This document shows, one piece after another, positions 31,463 to 42,044 of a stretch of 64,000 nt of DNA. Within the stretch, counting starts at the first letter, position 1; the number at the start of each line of letters is the position of its first letter. The notes below the pieces were generated by a model. That model was not told where the DNA came from, ran no database searches, and saw only the letters and a program-made list of their open reading frames with translations. The DNA lies in the NCBI GenBank assembly GCA_016235455.1, contig JACRKZ010000043.1, positions 1 through 64,000 of the forward strand, given 5' to 3'. A program made the position numbers and the translations under genes. This DNA is from Armatimonadota bacterium (lineage in GTDB: Bacteria > Armatimonadota > UBA10988).

Positions 31463-33121
31463 TCAGCGGCCCCAGACCATGATCTCAACCTCGCGCAACA
31501 TGGCGCGCAAATGCTCGGCGCCGTCGAGCAGTTGGCGGCTGGCGTCGGCGGTGCGCTCGGCACCGCCGGCGTTGTGCTTGGCCACGGTGTCCAACTCGGC
31601 CACACCCGTGGCGGCCTCGCCGATGGCCTGCGCCAGCGCCAGTGCGGCGGCCGACACCTGGCCGATGGCGGTCTTGACCTGGGCGGCGCGATTGTCGATG
31701 GTGCCGAACACCTCGTTGAGTTCACGCGCGCTGGCCGCGCCGCGGTCGGCCTGTTCACCCACCGAGAGCAGGCGGGAATCGGTCTCGCGGGCCGCCTCGG
31801 CGCTGTGGTCGGCCAGCCGCCGCACCTCGGCGGCCACCACGCTGAAGGCCTCGCCGGCCTCGCCGGCACGGGCCGCTTCCACCGCGGCGTTGAGCGCCAG
31901 GATGCGCGTCTGGAAGGCCAGGTCGTCCACCGTGCGCACGATGGGCAGCGTCTCGTCGGAGGCGGATTTGATGCCATCCGCCGCGGCGATCATCTGGTTC
32001 ATGACGCCCAGCCCGGAGAGGGCCGCGGCATGCGCCTGGTCGGCGACGCCGTCCGCCTCCGTGGCATGGCCGGCGGTCTGTGTGGTGACGGAGGTCAGCC
32101 GGCGCAGCACATCGGACATGGCCTCCAGGCTGGCCGTCTGCTGTTCGGCGCCGGCGGCCATGCCGTGACTCTCGTCGGCCACCTGCATGGCCATGGCCAC
32201 GGTCTCCTCCGCGGCGCGGGCGAAGCCCTGCACCATGGTCGTGGCCAGCCGCTCGATGCGCCGCACGGCCCACAGGCCGAGCGCTACCAGGCCGATGCCG
32301 AGCAGCAGCATGATGGCCGCGAAGGCGCGCACCGTGCGGCTGCCAAAGGCGGTCACCTCGCGCGGCATGGTGGCCCGGAGTGTGGTTAACGGCTGGCCGT
32401 CAAGGCCGGTCAGGAGGGTGCTGGCGCTGATAGTCTGGCCGTCCACGACCGCCACAGACACGCCCTGGTAAGCCTTGGCCGGCAACGGTGTCAGCTTCAC
32501 GCCCAGCTTGGTCAGCTTGGCCAGCTTCTCCATCTGGCCCTCGTCCAGATAGCGCGCCGCCACGATCGACCCGCGCACCGGGGCCTCACCGTTGCTGTTG
32601 GTCACCGGCAGCGATACGACCATCAGGGGCGCCTGGCTCGTGGGCAGCAGACCAGACACCACCGAGTCGATCGCGGTGTGCCTGGCCAACGGCCCATTGG
32701 CGGCCAGCACCTTGAGCAATTCGGGGGGCACGGGCGCATCGGTGGCCGATTCCCTGGCGGCATCGGGCAAGGCGCCCTTGGCCAGAACCACCTGGCCGGC
32801 CGCGTCGAGCACCACCAGGGCGTCCCAGTGCTTGCCGCCGAACGTGCTCATGGCCAGGTTGGAGTCGACCCATTCCTGGTTGTGGTCATCGATGAACGTG
32901 CAGGTGTCGTCCCAGGCCGCGTAGTCCTTGATGCTCGTGCGCAGTTCGTCGAACTCGCGCTCATAGGCCTCGCGCAGGCGCTCACCGTTGCGGGCCGCAT
33001 CCTTGGTCTCGAGATCACGGAAACCATGCACCAGCACCGATTGGACCGCCGCCGCCAGGACGACGACGATCACCGCAAGCAGCAGGCCCATGGCCCGCAA
33101 CAGTCGTGCACGCAGACTCAT
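31463..33121 (-). CDS. Methyl-accepting chemotaxis protein with CHASE4 sensor
   Basis: Two TM helices flanking DYAAWDDT (CHASE4); [37 protein letters not shown] signalling hairpin. Confidence 0.92.
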   Translation of the reverse strand: MSLRARLLRAMGLLLAVIVVVLAAAVQSVLVHGFRDLETKDAARNGERLREAYEREFDELRTSIKDYAAWDDTCTFIDDHNQEWVDSNLAMSTFGGKHWDALVVLDAAGQVVLAKGALPDAARESATDAPVPPELLKVLAANGPLARHTAIDSVVSGLLPTSQAPLMVVSLPVTNSNGEAPVRGSIVAARYLDEGQMEKLAKLTKLGVKLTPLPAKAYQGVSVAVVDGQTISASTLLTGLDGQPLTTLRATMPREVTAFGSRTVRAFAAIMLLLGIGLVALGLWAVRRIERLATTMVQGFARAAEETVAMAMQVADESHGMAAGAEQQTASLEAMSDVLRRLTSVTTQTAGHATEADGVADQAHAAALSGLGVMNQMIAAADGIKSASDETLPIVRTVDDLAFQTRILALNAAVEAARAGEAGEAFSVVAAEVRRLADHSAEAARETDSRLLSVGEQADRGAASARELNEVFGTIDNRAAQVKTAIGQVSAAALALAQAIGEAATGVAELDTVAKHNAGGAERTADASRQLLDGAEHLRAMLREVEIMVWGR

Positions 33122-33292
33122 AGAGAACACCCCGGCTCCGGTCAGACACGTCTTCCGAGCCAACCACCAGGGGATCTTCGGCGCATCTGCCACTCGGCAC
33201 AAGCCGCTGGCTGACGCTAGTGTGAACGCAAGCGATTGCTTCTGAGATGGATGGGGCGCAGGCGGGCCCAGGGCCGTGACGAGGCCGGTTGG

Positions 33293-34258
33293 TTACTCGA
33301 GCGTGTCCATCACCGCGCGGCCGAAGGCGGCGATGCTGGTCGCGGTGAAGGCGGTCTCAAGCCGGCCGAAGAGGCGTGAGCGGCGCTGGGCGATGGCTTC
33401 GAGCTGCGGCGCCACCGCGGTCAGGCCGTCGCGGCCCTCGGCGTAGGTGGTGATGCGCTCGGTCAACACATCGAGGTCATGGATGTCGCCGAGCGCCTTG
33501 TGCAGCTCGGCCACGCGGGCCAAGGCCGTGGCGAAGCGGCGGTCGTAGATGCCCGAGAAGGTCTCCATGGCGTAGCGCAAGTGCTTGTTGGCGATACGCA
33601 CCCGGTGCAGACCCGGCGCGTCGCCTTCGCCCTTGACCTGCCGCATGCGCTTGAGCACCCGGCTCAGGCGGCGGCCGACCTCCATGGGCGCGAACTTGCC
33701 CAGGCGTTGGCCGGCGATGCGATGGTCCGCGCCGAAGCGACCCAGGCGTGACAGCCGGCGGAAGGTCTGCTCGAAGCCGCTGGTCACCAGTTCGTCGAGG
33801 TAGGTGATGAGCGCGGTCTGATCGTCGGCGCGGTGGGCGCCGAGCGAGGCGCGCAGGTCGGTGAGCACCTCATTGGCCGCCTTCTTGTCGAAGCGGCCGA
33901 TCTCCTCGGCCAGCACATCGGCGTCGCGCACCAAGCCCAGATGGTCATTGAGTCGGTCGACCTCGGCCAACAGCATGGCGAAGTCGGTGGCGTGGTAGGC
34001 GCGGCGGAACAGTCGCATGGCCTCGCGCAGCCGCTTGGCCTCGACGCGCATCTGATGGATGCCGGCCTCGGGGTCGCCGGCCAGCGCCGCCGGCAAGCAG
34101 TCCCACATGCTGTCGAAGCGCTCGACGATGAAGCGCCGAGCGGCGCGCCGCACGAGCGTCTTGCGGCGGAAGTTGTCCGCCGCGCCGCTCGATGCCGCCA
34201 GATCAGCACCCAATGTGGAGGAGGAGCGCTTTGCTGCCGTCGGTGGCGGTGAAGGCAT
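33293..34258 (-). CDS. CHAD-domain (polyphosphate-binding) protein
   Basis: IHQMRVEAKRLR, LGLVRDADV, LHRVRIANKHLRY and LGDIHDLDV motifs. Start uncertain (overlaps the upstream gene; TTG at 34213 is an alternative). Confidence 0.85.
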   Translation of the reverse strand: MPSPPPTAAKRSSSTLGADLAASSGAADNFRRKTLVRRAARRFIVERFDSMWDCLPAALAGDPEAGIHQMRVEAKRLREAMRLFRRAYHATDFAMLLAEVDRLNDHLGLVRDADVLAEEIGRFDKKAANEVLTDLRASLGAHRADDQTALITYLDELVTSGFEQTFRRLSRLGRFGADHRIAGQRLGKFAPMEVGRRLSRVLKRMRQVKGEGDAPGLHRVRIANKHLRYAMETFSGIYDRRFATALARVAELHKALGDIHDLDVLTERITTYAEGRDGLTAVAPQLEAIAQRRSRLFGRLETAFTATSIAAFGRAVMDTLE

Positions 34259-35558
34259 CAGCCGCTTCCGGCGTCGGGAGCACGACAGTTTGCACGCCTC
34301 TCTTTTGCAGCCAGCGCACCGCTTCACGACTGAGGGAGAGGAGCCCTTCGTACCCGGAGCCGAGGACGAACGTCTGGGGGGTTTGGCGGCACACATACTT
34401 CACTTCCTCGACACTGATCTCGTGGGCCGTGCCATGCACTTCCCGGCTTAGGTCCTTCTTGCGCTTCTTGACCCGGCCGTCGGCGCGGACCACCAGGTCA
34501 CGGTTGAGCACCTGGCCGTCCACCACGACGCTGCCAAACTCGGTGGCGGCGACCGCCGGGTAGTGGTCGTCTCCGTTGTCATCATGGCTACGATGACCGG
34601 ATTCGACAGCCCCGGAGGCCAACGCGGCCGCGCCCAGCGCCACGGCATCGTCGCCCAGTTCGCTGACCAGTAGCCGCAGCGGCCGGCCGTTGCCGGGCGC
34701 CACATGCGCCTTGATGGTCGCGTCGACGCGCGGCATCATGAAGTCGGCACAGGCCTCGATGACGCCGCCGCCGTAGATGATGGCCTGCGGGTCGCACAGG
34801 TGGATGACCGTCACGCTGGCCAGGCCGATGATGGCCGAGGCCCGTTCCAGCGCTTCGATGACCACGGCGTCGCCGGCCTCCACGCCTTCCTTGAGCAAGC
34901 CCGACTTGATGCGGTCGTTGCCCTCGCCCAGCCGCTCGGCGACGATGGTCTCTCGCCCCTCGGCGATGGCCGCGCGGATCATGCGCTCGATGCCCAGCCG
35001 GCCCGCGTAGTACTCAAACTCGCCGCCGCCCTCGGCGCCGGCCAGGGCGGCTTCGGTGTCGACGATGATGTGGCCTACCTCGGCGCCCAGGCAGTGGTCG
35101 CCCACGACGATCTGGCCGCGCACCACCAGTCCGCCGCCGATGCCGGTGCCCACGAACATGCCAAACACATCGTCGTAGCCGCGGCCCGCGCCAAACGCCT
35201 TCTCACCGAGCGTACCCACGTTGACATCGTTGCCCACAGCCACCGGCACGCCGAACTCGGCGTTCAGGATGCCGGCGACATCGACGCCGGTCAGCGGGCA
35301 GTTGGGCGCCCACAGGCAGACGCCTTCGGCCGACACCACGCCCGGCACGCCGACGCCTATCGCGTCGACCTCGGTGGGCTCCAGGTGCGCCTTGGCAGCG
35401 ACAGTGCGCACGCACTTGGAGACGGCCTCCATGAGCGCTTCGGGTGTGTTGGTCGGGCTTGGTGTTTTGGCCCGGGCGGCGATGGCGCCGCTGTCATCCA
35501 CCAGCACCGCATAGATCTTGGTCCCACCGACATCGACGCCAATCGTGTTGCCAGCCAT
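34203..35558 (-). CDS. ROK-family sugar kinase fused to a C-terminal Mth938-like domain
   Basis: GVDVGGTK, GVPG, NDVN, VGTGIGGG and AEVGH motifs; C-terminal FGSVVVDG...VLGSG...PTPEAA...LLHIGC. Confidence 0.85.
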   Translation of the reverse strand: MAGNTIGVDVGGTKIYAVLVDDSGAIAARAKTPSPTNTPEALMEAVSKCVRTVAAKAHLEPTEVDAIGVGVPGVVSAEGVCLWAPNCPLTGVDVAGILNAEFGVPVAVGNDVNVGTLGEKAFGAGRGYDDVFGMFVGTGIGGGLVVRGQIVVGDHCLGAEVGHIIVDTEAALAGAEGGGEFEYYAGRLGIERMIRAAIAEGRETIVAERLGEGNDRIKSGLLKEGVEAGDAVVIEALERASAIIGLASVTVIHLCDPQAIIYGGGVIEACADFMMPRVDATIKAHVAPGNGRPLRLLVSELGDDAVALGAAALASGAVESGHRSHDDNGDDHYPAVAATEFGSVVVDGQVLNRDLVVRADGRVKKRKKDLSREVHGTAHEISVEEVKYVCRQTPQTFVLGSGYEGLLSLSREAVRWLQKRGVQTVVLPTPEAADAFTATDGSKALLLHIGC

Positions 35559-35680
35559 CCGCACCTTCTCCCAAGCACGACCCCAACCCAGGTCCTTGGC
35601 CCAGCAGGCCTCACTGAGTATACCGCGTGGCTCGGCAGCGCACCGCGCGACGTCACTTGTACAAGCCACCAGTTAGTTGA

Positions 35681-36586
35681 TTATGACGAGTTTGTTGCGT
35701 TTGGCCAGCCCGACGACAAGATAGGCTCCGCGCAACCATCACACACCAGCATGGCGCAGGCGTCGGGGAAGCGTTCGGGCAGACGGTCCAGCAGGGCCTG
35801 CCCGGCCACCAGCAGCGCTGTCGACAGCACCTCGGCGGTCACCGGAGAGGGGCAGATGACCGCGGCCACGCGCGGCCCCTGGCTCGGCCAGCCTGTGCGC
35901 GGGTCGACGATATGGCCGTAGAATCGGCCTTCGAAGGCGAATCCAGCGCCGCGCACGCCAGACACGGCGGCGGCCTGGTCGCGCAGCGGCACCGTGGCGA
36001 ACGGCTCGCCGGGTGTGCCGGGCTCAGCGATGCCGGCCTGGTGGCTGCCCAGCGCCAGCACGCTCGACGTGCCGCCGTCGACCAGGGCCTCGGCCACGCC
36101 GAGGCTGCGCAGCTCGTCGGCGATGCGGCCCACGGCGTAGCCCTTGCCGACTCCACCCAGATCGAGGGCCATGCCCTCACAGAGCAGGCCCGCTTGGCAC
36201 GAGTCGGCGTCGAGTACCAGCCCCTGGATGCCGACGATGCTCAGCGCGTCGGCGATCTCCGACTCGTCGGGCGGGTAGGAGCGGCCGCGCCACAGGTTCA
36301 TCAATGGGCCGACGGTGGGGTCGAACGCGCCATCGACGGCCTCGACCAGCGCCACCACCTCGGTCAGCAGCGCCAGAGTCTCGGGTTCGATGGCCACCAT
36401 GGCGCGACCGGCGGCGGCGTTGATGCGGCCGATGTCGCTGCGTTCGATGAACCGGCTGAGCGAGCGCTCCAGGCGGTCGGCCTCGAGGAGGGCCTCGTCG
36501 GCGGCGAGTCGGGCCCGGTGGCTCGCATCGTCGGGCAAGGCGATGCCGAACAGCGTGTTCATGGCCGGGCGAGCGACGCGGATCAT
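35681..36586 (-). CDS. apbE: FAD:protein FMN transferase (ApbE family)
   Basis: AMNT, AFDPTVGPL, LDLGGVGKGY and GHIVDPRTG motifs; no signal peptide evident. Confidence 0.92.
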   Translation of the reverse strand: MIRVARPAMNTLFGIALPDDASHRARLAADEALLEADRLERSLSRFIERSDIGRINAAAGRAMVAIEPETLALLTEVVALVEAVDGAFDPTVGPLMNLWRGRSYPPDESEIADALSIVGIQGLVLDADSCQAGLLCEGMALDLGGVGKGYAVGRIADELRSLGVAEALVDGGTSSVLALGSHQAGIAEPGTPGEPFATVPLRDQAAAVSGVRGAGFAFEGRFYGHIVDPRTGWPSQGPRVAAVICPSPVTAEVLSTALLVAGQALLDRLPERFPDACAMLVCDGCAEPILSSGWPNATNSS

Positions 36587-36620
36587 GGTGGGCCGCCCAT
36601 CAAGACAACGGCGCCGCTGT

Positions 36621-36659
36621 CTGACCGGCCGGGCGAGTCGATCTCGTCCGGCCGGTCAG
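36621..36659. terminator. Intergenic hairpin between the Gfo genes and apbE
   Basis: ctgaccggccgggcgag-tcgat-ctcgtccggccggtcag, a 17-bp stem with 1 mismatch and no clear U-tract. Confidence 0.5.
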
Positions 36660-36713
36660 GCAGCAGGCGCCGTGGTGACACGTACTGGCCTGGTCAGCCA
36701 CCAGCCGTCAACC

Positions 36714-38039
36714 TCAGTGGGTGGTCGGCGGGTTGAGCAGCACGCCCTTGACCGGGTCGAAGTTGCAGGTCATCGAGTGCTTGTAGGCGATGTCGGCCAG
36801 CGACAGGGCGACCATGCCGGAGTAGGCCAGGTCCATCGGGCTGTTGCACTTCTTGCGCGAGCGGCAGCACTGGATGAAGTTCTCGCGGTGCGGCTCGTGC
36901 AGCGCGGCCGTGACGTTCGGCGCGTCCTCGACGATGGGGTCGAACTCCTCGGCGAAGGGGCGCTGGGGCGAGACGGTGATCTTGCCGCCGGCCTCGGCCA
37001 TGAACTCGATGACGCCTTTCTGACCACGGATCAGCGGCGGCACGCCGAGCTCGTTCTCGGTGCTGCCGGCGAGGAAGATGGTGTGGTCGTCGGGGTAGTC
37101 GACGGTCATGAGGAACGTGTCGGGCACCTCGCGGTCCTTCTTGTGCACGTAGTTGCCGCCATTGGCGGTGACGCGCTTGGGCAGCGGCGGGGTGTCGTTG
37201 CCGTAGAAGGCCTTGAGGAAGGCGTACATGCGGTGGGCCAGCAGGTCACCGCTGATGCCCGAGCTGTAGTCCCAGAACTTGCGCCAGCGGAAGAAGCGCT
37301 CGGGGTCGAAGGGCCGCTCGGGCGACAGGCCGAACTCGCTGCCGCAGAACATCTTCCAGTCGATGTTGCCCGCGCCGGCGTCGGGCACGATGGTCGTGTT
37401 CCACTCGCCGGTGGGCGTGTTGCGGCAGTAGCTGTTCTGGCTCCAGACGACCTTGCCGATGGTCGGCAGCAGCTCGTGGACGCGCATCCACTTGGGGTCG
37501 GAGCAGTTCTGGTTGCCGAGCTGGAAGACGCGGTCCTTGTGCTTCTCGTAGTAGAAGTCGTGGCACTTCTTGGCGTCCTCGAAGTGCAGGCAGAGCGGCT
37601 TCTCGAGGTAGATGTCCTTGCCGGCGTCGAGCGCGTCCATGAGCATCTTGGCGTGCCAATGCTCGGGGGTGGCCACCAGCACGACGTCGACGTCCTTGTC
37701 CTCGAGCAGCTTGCGGTAGTCGGGGTAGAGCTTGGCGGCGTCGTTGCCGCACTTGGTCTTGGCCTTGTCGCGGCGCGCATCGTAGACATCGGAGATAGCG
37801 GTGATCTGAATGTTCTGGGCGTCGGCGGTCTTGGCGTAGTACGCCAGGTGCGCGCCGCCCATGTTGCCCACGCCGATGAAGCCCATGTTGATGCGGTCGT
37901 TGGCGCCGATGACGCGGCTGTTGGCCTGGGCGAACGCCCGGCGCGAGCGCCAGTCGGTGGTCAGCGCGGCGCCCGCGGCGGCCAGGCCGGTGGTCAGGAA
38001 CCGGCGTCGGCTGGCCGGGGTCGGGGTGATATCGCTCAT
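36714..38039 (-). CDS. Tat-exported Gfo/Idh/MocA oxidoreductase (EKP type)
   Basis: SRRRFL Tat motif; IGVGNMG, ATPEHWH, YLEKP and FRWRKFWDYSSG motifs. Confidence 0.93.
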   Translation of the reverse strand: MSDITPTPASRRRFLTTGLAAAGAALTTDWRSRRAFAQANSRVIGANDRINMGFIGVGNMGGAHLAYYAKTADAQNIQITAISDVYDARRDKAKTKCGNDAAKLYPDYRKLLEDKDVDVVLVATPEHWHAKMLMDALDAGKDIYLEKPLCLHFEDAKKCHDFYYEKHKDRVFQLGNQNCSDPKWMRVHELLPTIGKVVWSQNSYCRNTPTGEWNTTIVPDAGAGNIDWKMFCGSEFGLSPERPFDPERFFRWRKFWDYSSGISGDLLAHRMYAFLKAFYGNDTPPLPKRVTANGGNYVHKKDREVPDTFLMTVDYPDDHTIFLAGSTENELGVPPLIRGQKGVIEFMAEAGGKITVSPQRPFAEEFDPIVEDAPNVTAALHEPHRENFIQCCRSRKKCNSPMDLAYSGMVALSLADIAYKHSMTCNFDPVKGVLLNPPTTH

Positions 38040-38059
38040 GTCCTGCTCCTTAGGAATGC

Positions 38060-39352
38060 TTACGCGAGCTTGAAGTCGTCGGTGGCAAAATCGACGGTCT
38101 TGCCGTCCCGGATGGCCGCGGCGGACTTGATGGCGATGACATTGGCCTCGAAGGCCTTCTGCCAGCCGACCAGCGGCTTCTGGGCCGGGTCGTTCAGGTC
38201 GATGCGCTTGGCGAACGAGCCGAGAGCGTAGTGCAGGGGCTCCATGATGCCCATGTGGCCCGACTCGATCCGCTCGATGCTGAACCCGCCCGGCGGCGTG
38301 GCCACCATGATGATGCCGAGTTCGCCGAGCACATCGGCCTTCTTGGCATAGACTTCCCAGCCGGCGCTGGCCACGCCCGATTCCTTGAACAGGTAGCCGA
38401 GCGTCTTCTCGTTGTTGTCGCGGAACAGCACGGTACCGTCGACGCCGACCAGTTCCTCGGCATTGCCCCAGTGCGAGCTGCCGACAGTCGACTCGACCAC
38501 GGCGCGCGCGCCGCCGGTGAAGCCGCTATAGGTGGCGAAGCTGGTGTCGGGCACTTCCCAGTTGCTGTCGGCCCAGGTGGTCTGCGCGCCGAAGCCGGTG
38601 ACGCTCTTGGGCTTGGAGCCCAGCCAATAGTTGGCGATGTCGATCTGGTGGATGCCCAGCTCCCCGATGGGGCCGAGGGAGGTGTCGGCGTAGGCCTGCC
38701 AGCTGCGCTCCTTGGCGCGCTCCGGCGTGGCCGCGTTGCGCATCCAGTTGACGCGCATGCGCGCCTGGCTGCGCAGCAGCACCGCCTGTCGGATGGAGCC
38801 GTCCACCGTGGCGCTCTTGACCCGCTTGCTCAGCGGATGGCAGCGGCGCTGGAGGCCGGGCTGGAAGACGACCTGCGCGTCGCGGGCGGCCCGGCAGATG
38901 GCTGTCAGGTCGTCCATGCTCACGGCCAGCGGGGCTTCGCAGTAGACATGCTTGCCCGCGGCGATGGCGTCGAGCACGATCTGCTTGTGCAGATGGGTCG
39001 GCGTGGCGATGATGACGCCCTGGATGGCCTTGTCGTCGAGCACCTTTCTGTAGTCTTCAACAAAGTCGGCCTTGGGGGCCACCTGGGCCACCTTGCCCTT
39101 TTCCACGGCGGCGCTGTCGCATACGGTCTTGAGCGTGGCGTTGGTCACCTTGGCCAGCGAACGGGCAATCTCCTTGCCCCACATGCCGGCGCCGATCAAG
39201 CCCAGCTTGACCTCGTGCATCGGCAGCTCGTCCGTTTCCTTGACCGGCTCGCCCTCGGCCGCTACAAGCTTGCTCCCGCTAGCCAACGCCGCGATCAGCG
39301 TGGCCGCCGCGGCGCCTTCCAGGAAGTGGCGGCGCGGTATGTCCTGTCCCAT
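38060..39352 (-). CDS. Tat-exported Gfo/Idh/MocA oxidoreductase (EAP variant)
   Basis: PRRHFL Tat motif; IGAGMWG, ATPTHLH, YCEAP and ELGIHQID motifs. Confidence 0.9.
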   Translation of the reverse strand: MGQDIPRRHFLEGAAAATLIAALASGSKLVAAEGEPVKETDELPMHEVKLGLIGAGMWGKEIARSLAKVTNATLKTVCDSAAVEKGKVAQVAPKADFVEDYRKVLDDKAIQGVIIATPTHLHKQIVLDAIAAGKHVYCEAPLAVSMDDLTAICRAARDAQVVFQPGLQRRCHPLSKRVKSATVDGSIRQAVLLRSQARMRVNWMRNAATPERAKERSWQAYADTSLGPIGELGIHQIDIANYWLGSKPKSVTGFGAQTTWADSNWEVPDTSFATYSGFTGGARAVVESTVGSSHWGNAEELVGVDGTVLFRDNNEKTLGYLFKESGVASAGWEVYAKKADVLGELGIIMVATPPGGFSIERIESGHMGIMEPLHYALGSFAKRIDLNDPAQKPLVGWQKAFEANVIAIKSAAAIRDGKTVDFATDDFKLA

Positions 39353-39507
39353 CGTCTCCGTCCTCTCTCGTGCCTCACCGAGCCCGCTCGGGGTGCTCGC
39401 CGGTGCGGTTTGTGACGCGTGCTGCGCGCAAGCGGTTCCCACAGCGCGGCGCGGTGCGGCTCCCGCGACACAGTTTACCATGCGCGGGCAACTGCGCGTG
39501 AGGCCGG

Positions 39508-40770
39508 TCAGGCCAGCTTGAAGTCGTCCGGGGCGAAGGTGACCGTCGTGCCGTCGCGCACGGCCCCCGCGGCGCGGATGGCGATGACATGCGCGGCGTA
39601 GGCGCCCGTCAGCGACTTAGCGGTCGTTGGCGTCTGGCCAGCGAGGCGGTCGACGAACCAGCGCAGGCTGTGCACCAGCGGCGAGGTCCAGGGCGGCCGG
39701 CCGGCCTCGCTGCGCACGATGCTGAACCCACCCTCGTCGGCGCTGCCGCGTAGCACGATGGCCAGTTCGCCCAGCAACTCACGCTTCCGGGCGTAGATCT
39801 CCCAGCCCTGGCGTTGCCCGCTGGGCTCGACGAACCAGTACTGAGCGCTGTGCTCGTCGCGGTCCAGGTACAGCACGGCCCCGTCGCCCATGATGACCTC
39901 TTCCAGCCGGCCGCCGGCGCTCACCGCGGTGCTCGACTCAACCAGCGTATGGACTACGCCCGGATAGTCCAGGGTCAGCAGCGTGGTGTCGGGCACGTCC
40001 CAGCCCTGGTCGGCCCAGGTGGTCTGCTGGCCAACGCCGCTGACTCGGGTCGGGCGCAGGCCGGTCCAGAAGTTGAGCAGGTCGATCTGGTGGATGCCGA
40101 GCTCGAGCGCCGGGCCCAGCGAGGTGTCGGCATGGATGCGCCAACTGCGCTCGTGGGCTCGCCCTGGCGTGGCTCCGTCGCGCCGCCAGTTGAACCGCTG
40201 GCGCCATTGGCTGCGCAGCGAGACGGGCCGCCAGCCGTCGCCGCCGCCCAGGCTTGTGCTGCGGAACACTTGATACAGAGGGAATCGGCGCCGCCACAGG
40301 CCAGACTCGAGGATGCGCCCGCTGGCCACTGCCGCTCGGCAGATGGCGGCCACGTCGTCGATACTGCCCGCCAGCGGCGCCTCGCAGTAGACATGCTTGC
40401 CCGTGGCCAGGGCATCGACGGCGATCTGGCGATGCTGGTGCGTCGGCGTGGCCACGATGACGCCGTCGATGGCGCGGTCGTCGAGCAGACGGCGGTAGTC
40501 GGTGACGAACTCGGCCTGGGGGGCCACCACGGCCATCTTGGGCTGCTCGGCCAGCGCGGTGTCGCAGACGGTCTTGAGCCGGAGTCCGGGAATCTGCGCC
40601 GCGGCCCGCGCCAGCTCCTTGCCCCGCAGGCCGGCGCCGATGAGTCCGAGCGTGCACGGCGCGGTGAGCGGCTGGATGGGGCTGTACTGCGCCGCCGCCC
40701 GCCGGGCGCGGGCCAGCGCCGCTGCCAGGCCGACAAGCGTCGCGCCACCGCCGAACTCGCGTCGATCCAT
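39508..40770 (-). CDS. Gfo/Idh/MocA oxidoreductase (EAP variant, diverged)
   Basis: DRREF Tat-like motif; IGAGLRG, YCEAP and ELGIHQID motifs. Confidence 0.88.
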   Translation of the reverse strand: MDRREFGGGATLVGLAAALARARRAAAQYSPIQPLTAPCTLGLIGAGLRGKELARAAAQIPGLRLKTVCDTALAEQPKMAVVAPQAEFVTDYRRLLDDRAIDGVIVATPTHQHRQIAVDALATGKHVYCEAPLAGSIDDVAAICRAAVASGRILESGLWRRRFPLYQVFRSTSLGGGDGWRPVSLRSQWRQRFNWRRDGATPGRAHERSWRIHADTSLGPALELGIHQIDLLNFWTGLRPTRVSGVGQQTTWADQGWDVPDTTLLTLDYPGVVHTLVESSTAVSAGGRLEEVIMGDGAVLYLDRDEHSAQYWFVEPSGQRQGWEIYARKRELLGELAIVLRGSADEGGFSIVRSEAGRPPWTSPLVHSLRWFVDRLAGQTPTTAKSLTGAYAAHVIAIRAAGAVRDGTTVTFAPDDFKLA

Positions 40771-40781
40771 GGCGCGCTCCG

Positions 40782-42044
40782 TCAGGCCAGTGTGAAGTCT
40801 TCCTTGGCGAAGGTGACCGTCGTGCCCTCGCGCACGGCCTGGGCGGCGCGGATGGCGATCACATTGGCCTCATAGGCCTTCTGCCAGCCGACCAGCGGCG
40901 CTCCGCCCTGCTCGACCCGCCGCGCGAACGAGCCGAGGCTGTAGTGCAGCGGCTCACCGATGGTCAGCTTGCCTTCCTCGAGCTTGTTGATATCGAAGCC
41001 GCCCTTGGGCGTAGGTCGCATGATGAAGGCGATCTCGCCCAGCACCGACTCCTTCTTGGCGTAGACCTCCCAGCCCAGTGCCGCGGTGCCAGGCTCCTTG
41101 AATAGGTAACCCAGGCTCTGCTCCTCGTTGTCGCGGTAGAGCACCGTGGCGCCGACGCCCACCAGTTCCTCGGAGTTGCCCCAGTGCGAGCTGGCGGTGG
41201 ACGACTCGATGTTGGCTTGGAGCCCGCGTGGGTAGTCGAACTGGCAGATGGTGGTGTCGGGCACTTCCCAACCCTTGCCGACCCATAGCGTCTGCCGGCC
41301 CACGCCGCGTACGCTGGTCGGCTTGCCGTTCAGCCAGTAGTTGGCCACGTCGATCTGGTGGATGCCCAACTCGCCCACCGGGCCGAGCGACGAGTCCGCG
41401 TAGGCCCGCCAACTGCGTTCCTTGGCGCGCTCGGGCGTGCCGCCATCGCGCATCCAGTTGACCTGCTGGCGGGCATGGGAGTTGAGCAGGATGGCGGCCT
41501 GCAACGAGCCATCCACCGCGGCGCTCTTGACGCGCTTGGTGAACGGATGGCAGCGCCGCTGCAGTCCGGGCTGGAAGACCACCTTGGCCTCGCGCGCCGC
41601 GCGGCAGATGGCGGTCAGATCTTCGGTGGTCACCGCCAGCGGCGCTTCGCAATACACATGCTTGCCCGCCGCCAGCGCGTCCAGCACGATCTGGCGATGC
41701 CGGTGCGTGGGCGTGGCGATGATCACGCCCTCGATGGCCTTGTCGTCGAGCACGCGCCGGTAGTCGGCGACGAACTCGGCGTCGGGCACCACCGTCGCCA
41801 CCTTGGCCTGCTCGGCATCGGCGCTGTCGCACACCGTCTTGAGCGAAGCGTTGGTCACCTTGGCCAGCGACCGCGCGATCTCTTTGCCCCACAGGCCGGT
41901 GCCGATCAGGCCCAGCCTCACGGGCCTGGTCGGGTACTCATCCTCGAGATCCACGGTCTCCTGGGCCGCCAGCCGGCGTCCGCTGGCCAACACCGCGGCC
42001 AGCCCGACCAGCGCGGCACCGCCCTGCAACTCACGACGCGTCAT
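40782..42044 (-). CDS. Gfo/Idh/MocA oxidoreductase (EAP variant)
   Basis: TRREL Tat-like motif; IGTGLWG and YCEAP; closely similar to 38060-39352; ATGA overlap with the sulfatase stop. Confidence 0.9.
   Translation of the reverse strand: MTRRELQGGAALVGLAAVLASGRRLAAQETVDLEDEYPTRPVRLGLIGTGLWGKEIARSLAKVTNASLKTVCDSADAEQAKVATVVPDAEFVADYRRVLDDKAIEGVIIATPTHRHRQIVLDALAAGKHVYCEAPLAVTTEDLTAICRAAREAKVVFQPGLQRRCHPFTKRVKSAAVDGSLQAAILLNSHARQQVNWMRDGGTPERAKERSWRAYADSSLGPVGELGIHQIDVANYWLNGKPTSVRGVGRQTLWVGKGWEVPDTTICQFDYPRGLQANIESSTASSHWGNSEELVGVGATVLYRDNEEQSLGYLFKEPGTAALGWEVYAKKESVLGEIAFIMRPTPKGGFDINKLEEGKLTIGEPLHYSLGSFARRVEQGGAPLVGWQKAYEANVIAIRAAQAVREGTTVTFAKEDFTLA

Noticed and set aside
33122-33292. Possible c-di-GMP riboswitch or sigma28 promoter upstream of the MCP
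   Set aside because: No convincing match to the consensus by eye; an Infernal/Rfam scan would be needed.
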